Shown piece after piece: positions 52,601 to 64,000 of a stretch of DNA of 64,000 nucleotides. The stretch comes from Paraspadella gotoi (lineage: Eukaryota > Animalia > Chaetognatha). Below the pieces are notes generated by a model that saw nothing but the letters and a program-made list of their open reading frames with translations, did no database searches and was not told the origin of the DNA. The position numbers and the translations under genes were made by a program. The first letter of the stretch is position 1, and each line of letters opens with the position of its first letter. Where the stretch lies: assembly GCA_051294375.1 (NCBI GenBank), contig CM119271.1, positions 4,403,910-4,467,909 of the forward strand. Reading direction: 5' to 3'.

Positions 52601-55600
52601 AGAGTCGCAGAATCAAAATTCAAACTACCTCTGTGAATTGCCTCCTTTCGTTTTGATCTTGAGCCGAATGTTGCTCGCGCCGCGTTCATAGAGAAATTAG
52701 AGTTGCAGAGACATATTGATTGCGACTGCTCATAATTTGATACGAATTACATCGTTTTCTGCGCCGGCAGAAGCGCATCCGAGATATTTTCTATACAGAA
52801 TTATCAAATCTTGTCGATCGCGGCTGCGCAAGACGAAAGCGTCTAGCACACCTTCTAATTAATGAGGCCCTCTTTTCGCTATCTCTCTAGACCGTCTTGG
52901 ACATAATTACCTATTCCCATTCTCAATTTACTCTTACGTATGGAACGACTTCTCTGGCGCATACGCACTCCTATTGTCTTTTCCTCATTCGTTTTCTCAA
53001 TATTCGTCCTATTCTTCTCGTCATTCTCGCCTCTCATATTTCCTTTCTATTGAGCCGAAAGCCATACTTATTGCTATGTCTGATACTTTTGAACAGTCTC
53101 TTTTTGATTGTGAGTCTTTCAAAGAGTCGACCGTCGGCAACCTGATCTTATAGATCTCTGGATGTGTACGTCTAATATCAGAGTCTTAGTCCTGAATAAC
53201 GATCACGACCGTAGGATCCTTCGCTTCTGTTGTACTGCACTTGCGAGACTGAGGCCGACCTGTGACGGTTGACCCGCGCGTTCTCCCGTTTTGATTGGGA
53301 TAAAATGAAGTTTGGGGAAAAAATTAAGCGCGCGATGTAAAAAACAGGAGACCTTAATTGAGTAATAATATCGAGCCAGGAATATTTAGCAAAAAGCCAA
53401 ACCAAGATTTGGGGCTCCTATATGTCAACTCCTAATCATATAGCCTATTGAGGCGGTTAATAGATTCAAGTTTCTGGCCACAACGTTATTTTTGTCACTA
53501 TTTAATGCTGACACTAGTTAAAAGGAGGGAATGACCATTAAATATTTTTTTTCTTTAAATAAAAAAAATGGATCGAACGAAGCATTTTTAATACTGGTGC
53601 AAACAGAGGCTTGGCCTCGAGTTAGTGCAAGCAGCTTGACGATATGTTAGAAAGCCGACCGCCCCGTCAACTAGATTATAGCCATGCTTGCCGAATCGCT
53701 TCCTCGCCTCGGACTTACGGTCGGCTCGCCGAGTGTGCCGATCGAGACCCGCGTGGAGTTTCCTGCCAACTGGCGACAGTCGTCGATGATGGCATCCCGT
53801 CGGATGCGGCGAGCGTTGAAGAAAGGAGCGCCTCTGTCCGCGAGCGTTTTGATTCCATTGGACGAGCTCTCAGGTTAACAAGACGTCGGGAATCTTCCCC
53901 GTCAAGTAATGAGCCCGGCAGGCGTTTTCTTTCAAGTCGAGCGACCGATTGTTTGGTCGGGCCAACGGCGGTCGCTGGAGTTAGAGCTTAAGTTAATTGC
54001 TTAACCATTTTAGTAGAAACACGTACCGCGCGCGCAATTCACGATAGAATTCAGGTTCTCACGAAATTTCAAAGAGCCGCCAGATGTCTGTGAAATCGCA
54101 TTTGAATCTTCTTTAGTTTCTCCCCTGTTCCTCTAGTCCTTCACTGTTTCCTTTTTCTCTGCTTTTTCTTCTCTGGTTTTCCGCTCCTCGTTGGTTATAT
54201 TAACTATGCCTTTCCGGCGCGGGTATGTTACTGTGTCTGCGCGCTCAGCGAACTGCGCGGTGATGAGTCTTAGGGTCTTGTCCTTTTTTTGTCTTTTTCG
54301 TTCAGCCGCAGAGTCACTTCGCGGGAGCAACCTCTATCTATATAAGTCGATAGTTACAGAGCTTTAGTTGTTTCGGCGTGTAGAGTCGAGATCGATCTGA
54401 TCGGGGTCCGTCGTGTGGGGTAAGTGTTCTGGGTGTCGTTTTTGTTTCCTTTAAGGTCTTTTTTTTTTTTCTCNNNNNNNNNNNNNNNNNNNNNNNNNTT
54501 TTTCTTTTTCTTTCTTTTTTGTCTTTCCTTTCTTATCAATACGTTTTCTCTCTTTCCTTCTATTTTCATTCCTTCACTATTCTAATTTCCCTTTCACTTT
54601 TCTTTATTTTCTTTCCCATCCCTTTATTTTCCCATATCTCCCTTCCCTTCCTACTAGGAAAGTATGCAAATGTGCGCCATAGTCTTTACGAATGAACGAA
54701 GCCAGAAGCCCAACGATTGGAATATAAAGGGGAAAAAAAAGTATTTTTTCTTTTTTTATAAATTCTATGCAATAAAAAAAAATTAAATAATAAGAAAAAG
54801 AAAGAAAAAACGAAAATAAAGACGGGGAAAAATAACAATCTGAATCAAAACAAACGCTTTTTGCCGCATTAATATTCTAAACAAACGCCTTAAAATAATT
54901 TTTTTTGCTCAATTTTTCACTCTTGAAAATAAAAAAAAAACAACCGGATCACAACTAAACTAATCGAACGATTATTCGGCTAAAAAAAAAAACAATCTTG
55001 ACAAGCTCCGCCCCTCTCGTTTTTTTTTCAAAAAAAAAAGAACGACCCCTAGCGAACCAAACAAAATAACATCGCATCTCAGCCGAAAATCTGCTTCTCT
55101 TTTCTTTACTTTTTCGATGCCTCGGAGGAGAGAGAGAAAAATTTCAACCAAACAAATAGTAAACAAAAACGGCTCGAAAAATAAGAGAAAAAAAAGGAGA
55201 TTAAAAAGGGAAAAAAAAGGGAAAAAATAGAAAAATAAATAAAAGTAAAAAGGAAATCTGGTTCCTTCGTCGCTTCTTTCCGAACGTAAACAAACAAGAA
55301 AAAAAAATATATATCTTTATTTAAAAAAAAAGAGTTTACCTGTGAAATTTGGACTTGAACCTTAAGATCGAAACCTTAAAGCCCCAAGACTGGGACCTTT
55401 GAAATATTTTTTTTTTCCACACATGAATTTCGAATCGTGATTTACGTCGACAAACATAAGGAACGAACTAAAAGTCTCTACGCAAAGTTTTCCTCGCAAA
55501 CTCTCTTCACCAAACCTAGCAATCAGAAGTTAATGTAATAATTCTTATCCACTAACGCCTTAGTAACACCCTTACAACCTCGCATCGTTAAGGACGACTC

Positions 55601-56147
55601 CGATCGTTCAACCTACTCCTCTTTCTTCATATCAACGCTTTTACTACTTTCCTAACCACGCCTTACCTTTCTTTTCCTCTCCTCAATCTAATCCAATCGC
55701 CCATCCCCTAGAAAAACTTTTCCCTTCTCCCCACTCGAACCCTTTTCGGCCCCCCGCACAAACCTTACCTTTTCCCACGTACTCACCCTATGACCCTCTC
55801 CCCTGCCTTACCCTTAACCACGCTCCTTCGCCCCCCCCCCGACGAGAACGCCGCCAGGTTTCCGGCCATTTCTCACGCCGACCGACGGCGTCACTCACAC
55901 GCACGCGCGCTAGCCACCGGCGTCGGCGTCGGAAACAGGCGTCGGCTGGCGTTCTCCGGCGGCGGCGGAGGCGGCGGCGGCGGCTTACCGCAGGAGCGTA
56001 ACGTTTCATCGCCGCGGAATTTCTTTCTTTCTTTTTCATTTTCTTTTCATTATTTTATCTTTTTTCTTTCTTTTCTTCCACCTTTGATGGCGAAAAAAAA
56101 AATCTTTTCATTCTCTCTCAATCTTTTTTTTCCCCTTTATTTTCCAT

Positions 56148-56245
56148 TTTTAGTCGCGGTTACAACACTGACTCTATAGACTATATATCAGTTATAGGTC
56201 CGTCTGTCCGTCTGTCAGTTTGTCCGTCGGTCGGTCGTATCTGGT
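56148..56245 (+). mobile_element. 5' end of another HINE-like element
   Basis: ttttagtcgcg...gactctata...gtccgtctgtccgtctgtc...gtcggtcggtc. Confidence 0.55.
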
Positions 56246-59200
56246 AATAAAGATTACATTATGATAAAGTGAAATTTGGTACAGAAAAAAAGTACTGAAA
56301 TGAAAAACAGGCGAAGANNNNNNNNNNNNNNNNNNNNNNNNNNNNNNNNNNNNNNNNNNNNNNNNNNNNNNNNNNNNNNNNNNNNNNNNNNNNNNNNNNN
56401 NNNNNNNNNNNNNNNNNNNNNNNNNNNNNNNNNNNNNNNNNNNNNNNNNNNNNNNNNNNNNNNNNNNNNNNNNNNNNNNNNNNNNNNNNNNNNNNNNNNN
56501 NNNNNNNNNNNNNNNNNNNNNNNNNTTTTTCCTCCCCTTTCCTCCCCAATCTTCTTTCACCGCCAGTCTCTTTCCTTTTCCTCCCTCCTGATATTCCTAG
56601 TCGGTTTCTCGCCTCGATGTCTCTCACTTTATTTCTTTTCTTTCACCTTTTTTCTTCCTTAATCTTGCTTTCTTTTTTTCTTTTTTTAACAATTAGGTTC
56701 TCTCTCTTTGGTGTCTCNNNNNNNNNNNNNNNNNNNNNNNNNNNNNNNNNNNNNNNNNNNNNNNNNNNNNNNNNNNNNNNNNNNNNNNNNNNNNNNNNNN
56801 NNNNNNNNNNNNNNNNNNNNNNNNNNNNNNNNNNNNNNNNNNNNNNNNNNNNNNNNNNNNNNNNNNNNNNNNNNNNNNNNNNNNNNNNNNNNNNNNNNNN
56901 NNNNNNNNNNNNNNNNNNNNNNNNNNNNNNNNNNNNNNNNNNNNNNNNNNNNNNNNNNNNNNNNNNNNNNNNNNNNNNNNNNNNNNNNNNNNNNNNNNNT
57001 TATTTTTCTGGTTCACCGTCCACAACCTCATTTTTCGATTTCCCCGTTTCTATATATATTCCATTTCTATCTCCTCTTCCTTCGTCTACTCCCCCCTTAC
57101 CGCCCCCCCAAAACGCAATCTTCTTTCCTCCAAATTCCTCCAACTTCTGCCAGACTTTTATAATTTCGCCCACCAAGTTTTTAGATATTATTTTTTTGTT
57201 CGTGAAACCAAACTTTTTTATCTTTGCCATATTTTGAAATTTTTGTCTTAATTCAGGTTTTTGATCGTTTTTTTAATTTATTCACGTTCGGTACTTCGGA
57301 CTTCATCTTCCCTAGANNNNNNNNNNNNNNNNNNNNNNNNNNNNNNNNNNNNNNNNNNNNNNNNNNNNNNNNNNNNNNNNNNNNNNNNNNNNNNNNNNNN
57401 NNNNNNNNNNNNNNNNNNNNNNNNNNNNNNNNNNNNNNNNNNNNNNNNNNNNNNNNNNNNNNNNNNNNNNNNNNNNNNNNNNNNNNNNNNNNNNNNNNNN
57501 NNNNNNNNNNNNNNNNNNNNNNNNNNNNNNNNNNNNNNNNNNNNNNNNNNNNNNNNNNNNNNNNNNNNNNNNNNNNNNNNNNNNNNNNNNNNNNNNNNNN
57601 NNNNNNNNNNNNNNNNNNNNNNNNNNNNNNNNNNNNNNNNNNNNNNNNNNNNNNNNNNNNNNNNNNNNNNNNNNNNNNNNNNNNNNNNNNNNNNNNTAAA
57701 AAGACATGACAATTGACATAAATTGACGTACGCACCAGGTGAAATAAACGATAATAGTTTTAAAAATGATAGACATGACTTTATGACGACTCAAAAAAAT
57801 GAAGAAGCAAAAAAAGCCGACGAAAATCTGTTCGTCTCTTTTCCAACCGTAAATCTGTCATCACAACCAAAACGCTGTCAAAGAGAAACCAGTCAACCAG
57901 ACAACTGCTTGGAATCAAAGAGACTTGCAAAATCACTTATAACATCATTTGGGTTCTTTCTTCAGTCTTCGGCTCCAATCTGATCTTGTTTGACGATTCA
58001 ATTTCTTCAGTCTGTGTCTGAGCTGATATAAGATGTCAAACTGCCAAGGCTTTGGCCTGGATACTCTGTCTGACAGTGAATTAACTCAATTTGTCAAGTC
58101 ATCAAGGTCGTCCATGTGAAAAGCGTCGGGAGCCTCCGCCATTGCGTTTCAGTTTTCTAGTTGAAAAAAATTTATAAGCAAACATCGATTATAGGATCAG
58201 AGACAGGAAAAGTTATATGATTATGGTTCATAGCAAAACGGTTTGGATCCAATTGAATTCCTCATAAAACACTCACTTGGCTACTTAAAAGTAAGATTAA
58301 AGGATGCATAGGCAGGTAACCACGAGATAAAAGATATACAATGCTGGCTTCAAGTTAGTGAAAAAAGGAAGAAAGGAGAAAAAGAAAATTGGTCAATTAG
58401 TTAGTATTGATGACGATGAACAGAGATAGAGCTTCCCTTTTATACAATTGGAACAAGCCTTGGTCTCAAAAAACTTGAGATGAAAATTCTGACATTGATG
58501 AAATATTAACAAAATAATTTAAAATCCTTGTCCAATGTGAAGAAGAAAAGACAAGGAAGTGTGATAGGAGTAGGACTCCTATAGTTTGCTGTTTGGAAGC
58601 AGCTGATGAAGTTCGACGACTTAAGGAAAATAGGACTAAGCTCTGACGAACAAGCCCGATGTTTTTTTTAAATATATTCCTTATACGGCCCAGAGTCTTC
58701 CTCGTCTCGCTAAGAACGACGTAGACTCCTAAGGAAAAGGTGGTTGAAACTTGCAAAGTGGAATTAAAGATTTTGGTGAGGGATCTTCATTCGAAGGGAG
58801 CAAGAAGTGTAGTAAGAAGATATTCTGGAGTAAAAAGGGTAGACTCTGGAATATTTAAAATTCAAGAACACATTGAACAAGGTTTGGATGTTATGATGCA
58901 AAAGAGCTGAGAGGATCTCAATAGAGGAAAAGTACAGGTCTCTGCGGCTCAGAAGACAAGATGACAAAGTAGTTTTTTCAAGTTTGTGGGCCGGTTGCTA
59001 CGTAACGCTCGCAAAGGATCAATCTTCATGTCAAGAAAACGTGGTTAAAGTGAAACTTTGTTCATGTCATTTTAATTGTGCCCAGCAATTATATACCAGT
59101 TTTTATTACTAACAGTTAACTTTAATACAAATTTGAAGACAGTTAACAAAAAAGAGAAAGATACGTAAATGAGGCTGATGTCTGAAAGAAGCTAAAGAAC

Positions 59201-59419
59201 TTAGCGCGGGCTTGTATTTTGTTTTCATTGTTGTTTTTAAGAACGCATATAGGAAACACTAACCAGCAATCTAAACCAGTTTCTTGAGTGCAAGAAAAGG
59301 GGGAGAAACGTTCCAGAAGTGGAGTCAAAACAGTTAGTCCGTCTCGAATGCACGCACACACATGGCCCGCACACTTACATGCACCCACAACGTCGTTCCA
59401 GAACAAGATAAAGACAAAC

Positions 59420-60260
59420 GAAAAGCGGTAACGGCAAAGCGTCAGCAAGGAGCAAAGCGTCAGCAGAAGCAGAAACGTCATCAAAAGACAGAGCGAAACG
59501 TCAATCAAGCAAAGCAGCAATCGCGAGCGTCAGTCCTAGCGCGTTCGTCAAGGAGACAACGCCCGGGCGCCGTGGCGTGGAAAGAGAGATGAAACGACGA
59601 CCGCTAAAAGAGTGTTAGACTCATCGCCATAGAGTCGGTTGAGATGCTGCTGAACTAATCAGAGAGTCGTCAAAAGATGTTCCAGTCCGTCATCAAGGAC
59701 GTTGCAGGGACGGTCCGTGCAAGCAGTGTGTCAACCAAAGATTGCCAAGGTCGCGGCTTCTAATAGAGACGTTCGTTAGCCGTACTGCGTTCTGCTGTTT
59801 CTGGCATCACACCTCCTTGACGGAGCGATCCTGGACGTCATGCTCAAGAAGTCTGCCTCAGGAAATGAGATGTCACGATTTTCTCCCACAACGACCTACT
59901 TTCCGGCTGGCTCATATCAGGAGCGTCGTCATGGAGACCCGGAAGCAGGATATTCGGATAACCAGATTCGTCCCGTCACGGGAACGATGCGAAGTCCCAG
60001 GACGTCGAGAACAGAACGTCACTGAGCACGACGTCACTTTCGCGGGAGAAATGGACAACGTCAACGGGAGCTCTTGCATAGAGTACGACGAAAGCTCCGG
60101 CTGACGACTCTAGGGTAGAAACCGCGGGAGAACAAACTTCTGCGGGATTCATGAGGGGAACCGACGTATCTCTGGGGTAAGAGCAGGCGCTATTTTAGCG
60201 TCGAATAAAGAACATCAACTCAACCGCCTTCGCTCAACAAAGTTGTCCGATTTGGCGAAG
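59420..60260 (+). pseudogene. Degraded BEL/Pao integrase and C-terminal domain
   Basis: Ordered motif remnants: S(D)NGKA (~59423), APWRG (~59567), VNQR (~59730), REKW (~60043), GTD..VRA (~60157-60185), NKVV (~60237). Confidence 0.55.
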
Positions 60261-60410
60261 ACTTGATTTGAACCTGTCATCCGCTATGACTATTGCAGTG
60301 ATAGTTGGATCTAAGGTTAACATTCTTTACGAGTCGACTACTCTGATGTAGTGTCAGCAGCAATCTCAACCTCGACTCCTATGGCGAGAGTATCCAACAC
60401 TGCTGGGGAG

Positions 60411-60863
60411 TGTAGAGAGGATGAGATATTATCGATGCGTCACAGTCTTACTGATATGCTCGCATCTTGGCACCTACGGCGCGAGAGGCGCGTGTCTCCT
60501 TACTGACGACGCGCGGACGGACTGTGAGCGAGCGTCGCTCGTATTCGATGTGAGTGCTGAGTGATGTTGCCTTTGAAGTAACCTGTTCTGGCAAACTCTC
60601 TAACTGACCAGTTTTATGAGAGGTTCGGTCCTGTACTCGACGATTCGACGCCTTAATGTACGTTTTTGATACGATTACTTTTTTGAGGAAAAACGCTAGA
60701 ATACCAATCCTTGAACTGCCTCAATATTACATGTATTTTGATATTGAATATTCGTTAGATATAGTGTACCGATTCGTATTTACAGGGTGCATTGTAAGTA
60801 AAGTGGCTGAGGGACTATTGCTGTGGCTAGCAGTTTCGCCAGACGGCTGGCACACTGTCTACA
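60411..60863 (+). mobile_element. Candidate 3' LTR of the BEL/Pao remnant
   Basis: PPT-like ggggag (60405-60410) directly followed by TGTAGA, with an inverted terminus TCTACA at 60858-60863. Confidence 0.5.
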
Positions 60864-61219
60864 TGTTCTTGGACTTCATCTACATCGTAACACATCAAAA
60901 CTTCTTCCTCCCTTCGTTCTGATTAGCTATGCAAGAAACCGTGGTTTAGAGTGGCATTTTTTTAACATTTAGACAGATTTTTTGATCAGGCTTTGTAGTG
61001 ATGATTCGATTTCATAACAACCATCTTCATCACAACATCTGGTATCATGTAATACATTGCTTCGCGATTTTCGTCCTTAACTTAACCGTTATCACAGTAT
61101 CATTTGAACTGGAATAATATAAATTTAATAATATAAATATCCTTATGTTCTACTCAAAAGAAAACAATTTCTGATGATGACGATGATAGTAAACAAATTC
61201 TGAGATTCCTCGATAAACT

Positions 61220-61397
61220 TAACCCCCCTCCCAATGGGGTCGACTCCGCTGGATGTTTCCTTGAGGCCTGAACGTTCGGTCCTGTTCGGTCTTCTCCTTT
61301 CTGTCGGCTTTCTCGGTTCGACGAATCCCACATAATCTTCCGGAGTTTTGCACGCCCCTCCCGCGGGGCCTGGCCCCCCCCCTTCTCCGCTCAGGAC
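61220..61397 (-). CDS. Candidate minus-strand exon, unknown product
   Basis: Acceptor tcttttggttag| then a GC-rich frame ...ACKTPEDYVGFVEPRKPTERRRPNRTERSGLKETSSGVDPIGRG. Confidence 0.3.
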
Positions 61398-61425
61398 CTA
61401 ACCAAAAGAAAAAATCCGCGGTTTC

Positions 61426-61444
61426 TTTCGCGCCAAATGGCGAC
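61426..61444. promoter_or_regulatory. E2F site overlapping a YY1-like motif
   Basis: TTTCGCGCCAAA (DHFR-type double E2F site) overlaps AAATGGCG in a CpG-rich patch. Motif match only. Confidence 0.35.
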
Positions 61445-62519
61445 CCGCCTCCGTCTCATCTCTCTCTTCTCTCTTTTTCTTCTCTTCCCCCCCCCGAACC
61501 CCCCATATAAAGTAAACAAAAATCAAATAAGTTTTTTTGCTTTTTCATTACTTTTTTTCGTTACATGTACATCGAAGATAGAATTTTTCTTTTGTTCATT
61601 CGTCTAAAGGATGATCGGGAGGAAGTCTGGAAATACATTGAAATTTGTTTTTCTTAGTTTACGAGTTTTGCTTTTTTGCTTTTAGCTTCTCCCATACATT
61701 TTCGTTGATTTTTAGGTTTGTTTTTCATTGATTTCTTTTTTCTATGTTATTTTTAGTGACGGAGTCGTTCGAACTTAAGAAAACTTGCATTGAATTATGA
61801 GGTTTTTCATCGAGTTTATTTTAACCATCAACTTTCTTTAAAACCTATCAACAATCTCAACTTACGGACACCATTTAACTTAATCCCTAATCCATTACCC
61901 TTTTAACCTAAAATTGGGACAAAAATTGGGGCGTTCTGGAAAAACAACAGGGGGGAGCCCAANNNNNNNNNNNNNNNNNNNNNNNNNCCCAATGAATATT
62001 TCGCATATTTATTGCCTCAAGAGTCAAGTCGGACTAAAACGACTCATATCATACATCATATCATATTATATCATATCTCAAAAATAACAAAGACAACAAA
62101 CCCGTTCCTCCAAAGCCACACCCTGCTCCCTTCTCTCCCTCTTCGATCAACCCACTTTCTCTCCTTCTCCCGCGACGTGATATTTTTGGACGTTTGCCTT
62201 AGCGTCTCCCAGCTGATCCCATCCGATGCCATCCGACGCCATCTGCTCTGCCCAGTTTTACTTTCGTCTTCGTCACCTTTTCGACGCCGAGGCGTCAAAG
62301 GTTTCACTTTCGTCTATATTCTCGTCTTATCCTATCTTGTTCTATCCAATTATCTATCCCGATCCTATTCCAATCGCGATTTTATATATCTTTATTTACT
62401 GATTACTGATTTCATCTGAAATTAAATCTGATGATTCCATCTTTTTTATTAACAGATTCCATCTCATGATTTCTCTTTCCTTTATTTTCCTAAACCAACT
62501 TTGAAATGGACGCATTTTT

Positions 62520-62882
62520 TCATCCCTCTCCCTCTCTTCCTTTCCCCTTTCTTCCCTCTCCCATTCTCCCCTCTCTCCTTCTCCCACTCTTCCCTCTTCC
62601 CTTTTCTCCTCTCGCTTTCTCCCTTCTCCCTTTTTCCCATCTCCCACTCTCCCCTTTTCCCATCTCCTCCTCTCTTTTCCCCCTCTCCTGTTCTTCCTCC
62701 TCCCTTCTCCCCCTCTACCCTTCTCCCACTCTCCCCTTCTCTCCTCTCCCCTTTTCCCATCTTTCACTCTCCCCTTCTTTCTCTCCCCTTCTCCCCTTCT
62801 CTCCCATTCTCCCTTTCTCCTATTCTCCCCCTCTCCCCTTCTCCATTCTCCCCCTCTCCCTTGCCCCTTCATGCCTCTCCCC
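62520..62882. repeat. Pyrimidine-rich low-complexity tract (CTCCCCTT-like units)
   Basis: Almost entirely C/T on the plus strand, with repeated ttcccatct.ccactctccccttt. Confidence 0.9.
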
Positions 62883-63249
62883 TAAAAACTTTCAACTCCA
62901 ACTTACATCACGCAACGGACCGACCGACCGACCGACCGCTGGTCAGGTCGAATCGACGTACGGATTCGTAATTAACTTTTCAGTCAGTCAGTCCTTCCAA
63001 CTATTCCGTTTCAATATAAACGTCTACACAAATGTTTAGCACATCTGCTTCCTTTTTTTTTTCTTTTTTTCTCATATTTTTAACGTTTTATCATTTTTTT
63101 TTTACAGCATTTCGCGGCGCTTTCTCTCCTTCATGCATTAATTCTTCTCGTTTCTCCGCGCCATCTCCCCCTTCCCTTCCTTTCCCCTCCCCTACTCCCC
63201 TCCCCCCTTCCCCCTCCCCTTCCCTCCCTCCTTCCACATCCCTTTCATC

Positions 63250-63410
63250 GATGGAATTTCTCGGAAATTCGTGGCGCCGAACGATGGAACGAAAAAAAAA
63301 TTCGATGGAACCGGAAGTCGCGTGAGATTATTCGGCGTCACGCCGTCGGACGAAGACTCGCGGATTCCGTCGCTCATATTGGAAGATGTTCTGGATTTTG
63401 GTATGTGTTT
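63250..63410 (+). CDS. Candidate first coding exon, unknown product; duplicated across the gap at 63535-63740
   Basis: The second copy reads MEPEVAEIIRRHASDEDSRIPSPHLEDV; the first copy has a donor ttttg|gtatgt at 63411. Confidence 0.4.
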
Positions 63411-64000
63411 GGGGTGCTTTGTTTGATTGTTTTGATTGCATTGATGCCGTTGTTAGGTTTTTTGTCCGTTTTTGCCTTTGGCTTTGTTTTCTTTCTATTA
63501 TCTCTCTCTNNNNNNNNNNNNNNNNNNNNNNNNNGGAACCGAAAAAAAAATTCGATGGAACCGGAAGTCGCGGAGATTATTCGGCGTCACGCGTCGGACG
63601 AAGACTCGCGGATTCCGTCGCCTCATTTGGAAGATGTTTGGATTTGGGTTTGTGTTTGGGTTGCTTTGTTTGATTGTTTGATTGCTTGATTGGTTGGTTG
63701 GTTTTTGTCCGTTTTTGGTTTGGTTTTGTTTTCTTTCTATTGTTTTTTTTTTTTTTGGTCCATCGGTTTACTTATTTCGTCATTTCGTTCGGTTATTTCT
63801 TTTTCTAATTTCTATGTATGTCTTTTTTTTAGTTTACTCCCTAATTTTCTCTGTATTGTTTTAGTATTTCTTTTATTTCTTTTAGTAGTTACTTTCCAGA
63901 GTTCATTCTTTTCATAGATTATATTTAAAACATTCATTCACATCTTTCGCTTTCATCTCCCGTTCGATTCTCAGGATCGAATCGCAACTCGATTTTCCAA

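Noticed and set aside
49620-53450. Genes or a retroelement in the 50-53 kb ORFs
   Set aside because: No recognisable motifs, and the sequence looks like uncorrected read noise; 52390-52575 may be an exon but lacks support.
59430-59520. Gln/Lys-rich repeat protein (ORF 59362-59592)
   Set aside because: Better explained as off-frame, noisy BEL integrase sequence.

Overview
Repeat-rich, AT-rich eukaryotic (invertebrate-like) genomic DNA from a noisy, gap-filled long-read assembly: indel errors are dense, there are nine 25-N gaps and several redundant segments. I found no prokaryotic genes, rRNA, tRNA or CRISPR. Almost all ORFs in the supplied track are microsatellite read-throughs, N-spanning ORFs or off-frame reads of transposon genes. 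What the sequence supports: (1) a ~2.3 kb inverted duplication at the start, whose left arm runs into sequence that otherwise lies at 15.9 kb (an inversion-type junction); (2) a full-length, minus-strand Ty3/Gypsy LTR retrotransposon with CsRn1-clade hallmarks at 6472-11655; (3) a ~9.7 kb unit present as three copies plus fragments, all starting at the same CAGTTCTCAC; it carries a spliced, kinase-fold-like (probably pseudokinase) gene with 30-35 nt introns, TTAGGG-containing MITEs and a HINE/DINE-1-like element; (4) a 435-bp solo LTR present in copy C but absent from copy A; (5) a degraded BEL/Pao integrase with its 3' LTR near 59.4-60.9 kb; (6) scattered host exons. I see no convincing evidence for a new biological system. 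The large structural oddities are most simply assembly redundancy or uncollapsed haplotypes. The best biological leads are the pseudokinase-like gene, the polymorphic solo LTR and the telomere-repeat MITEs.
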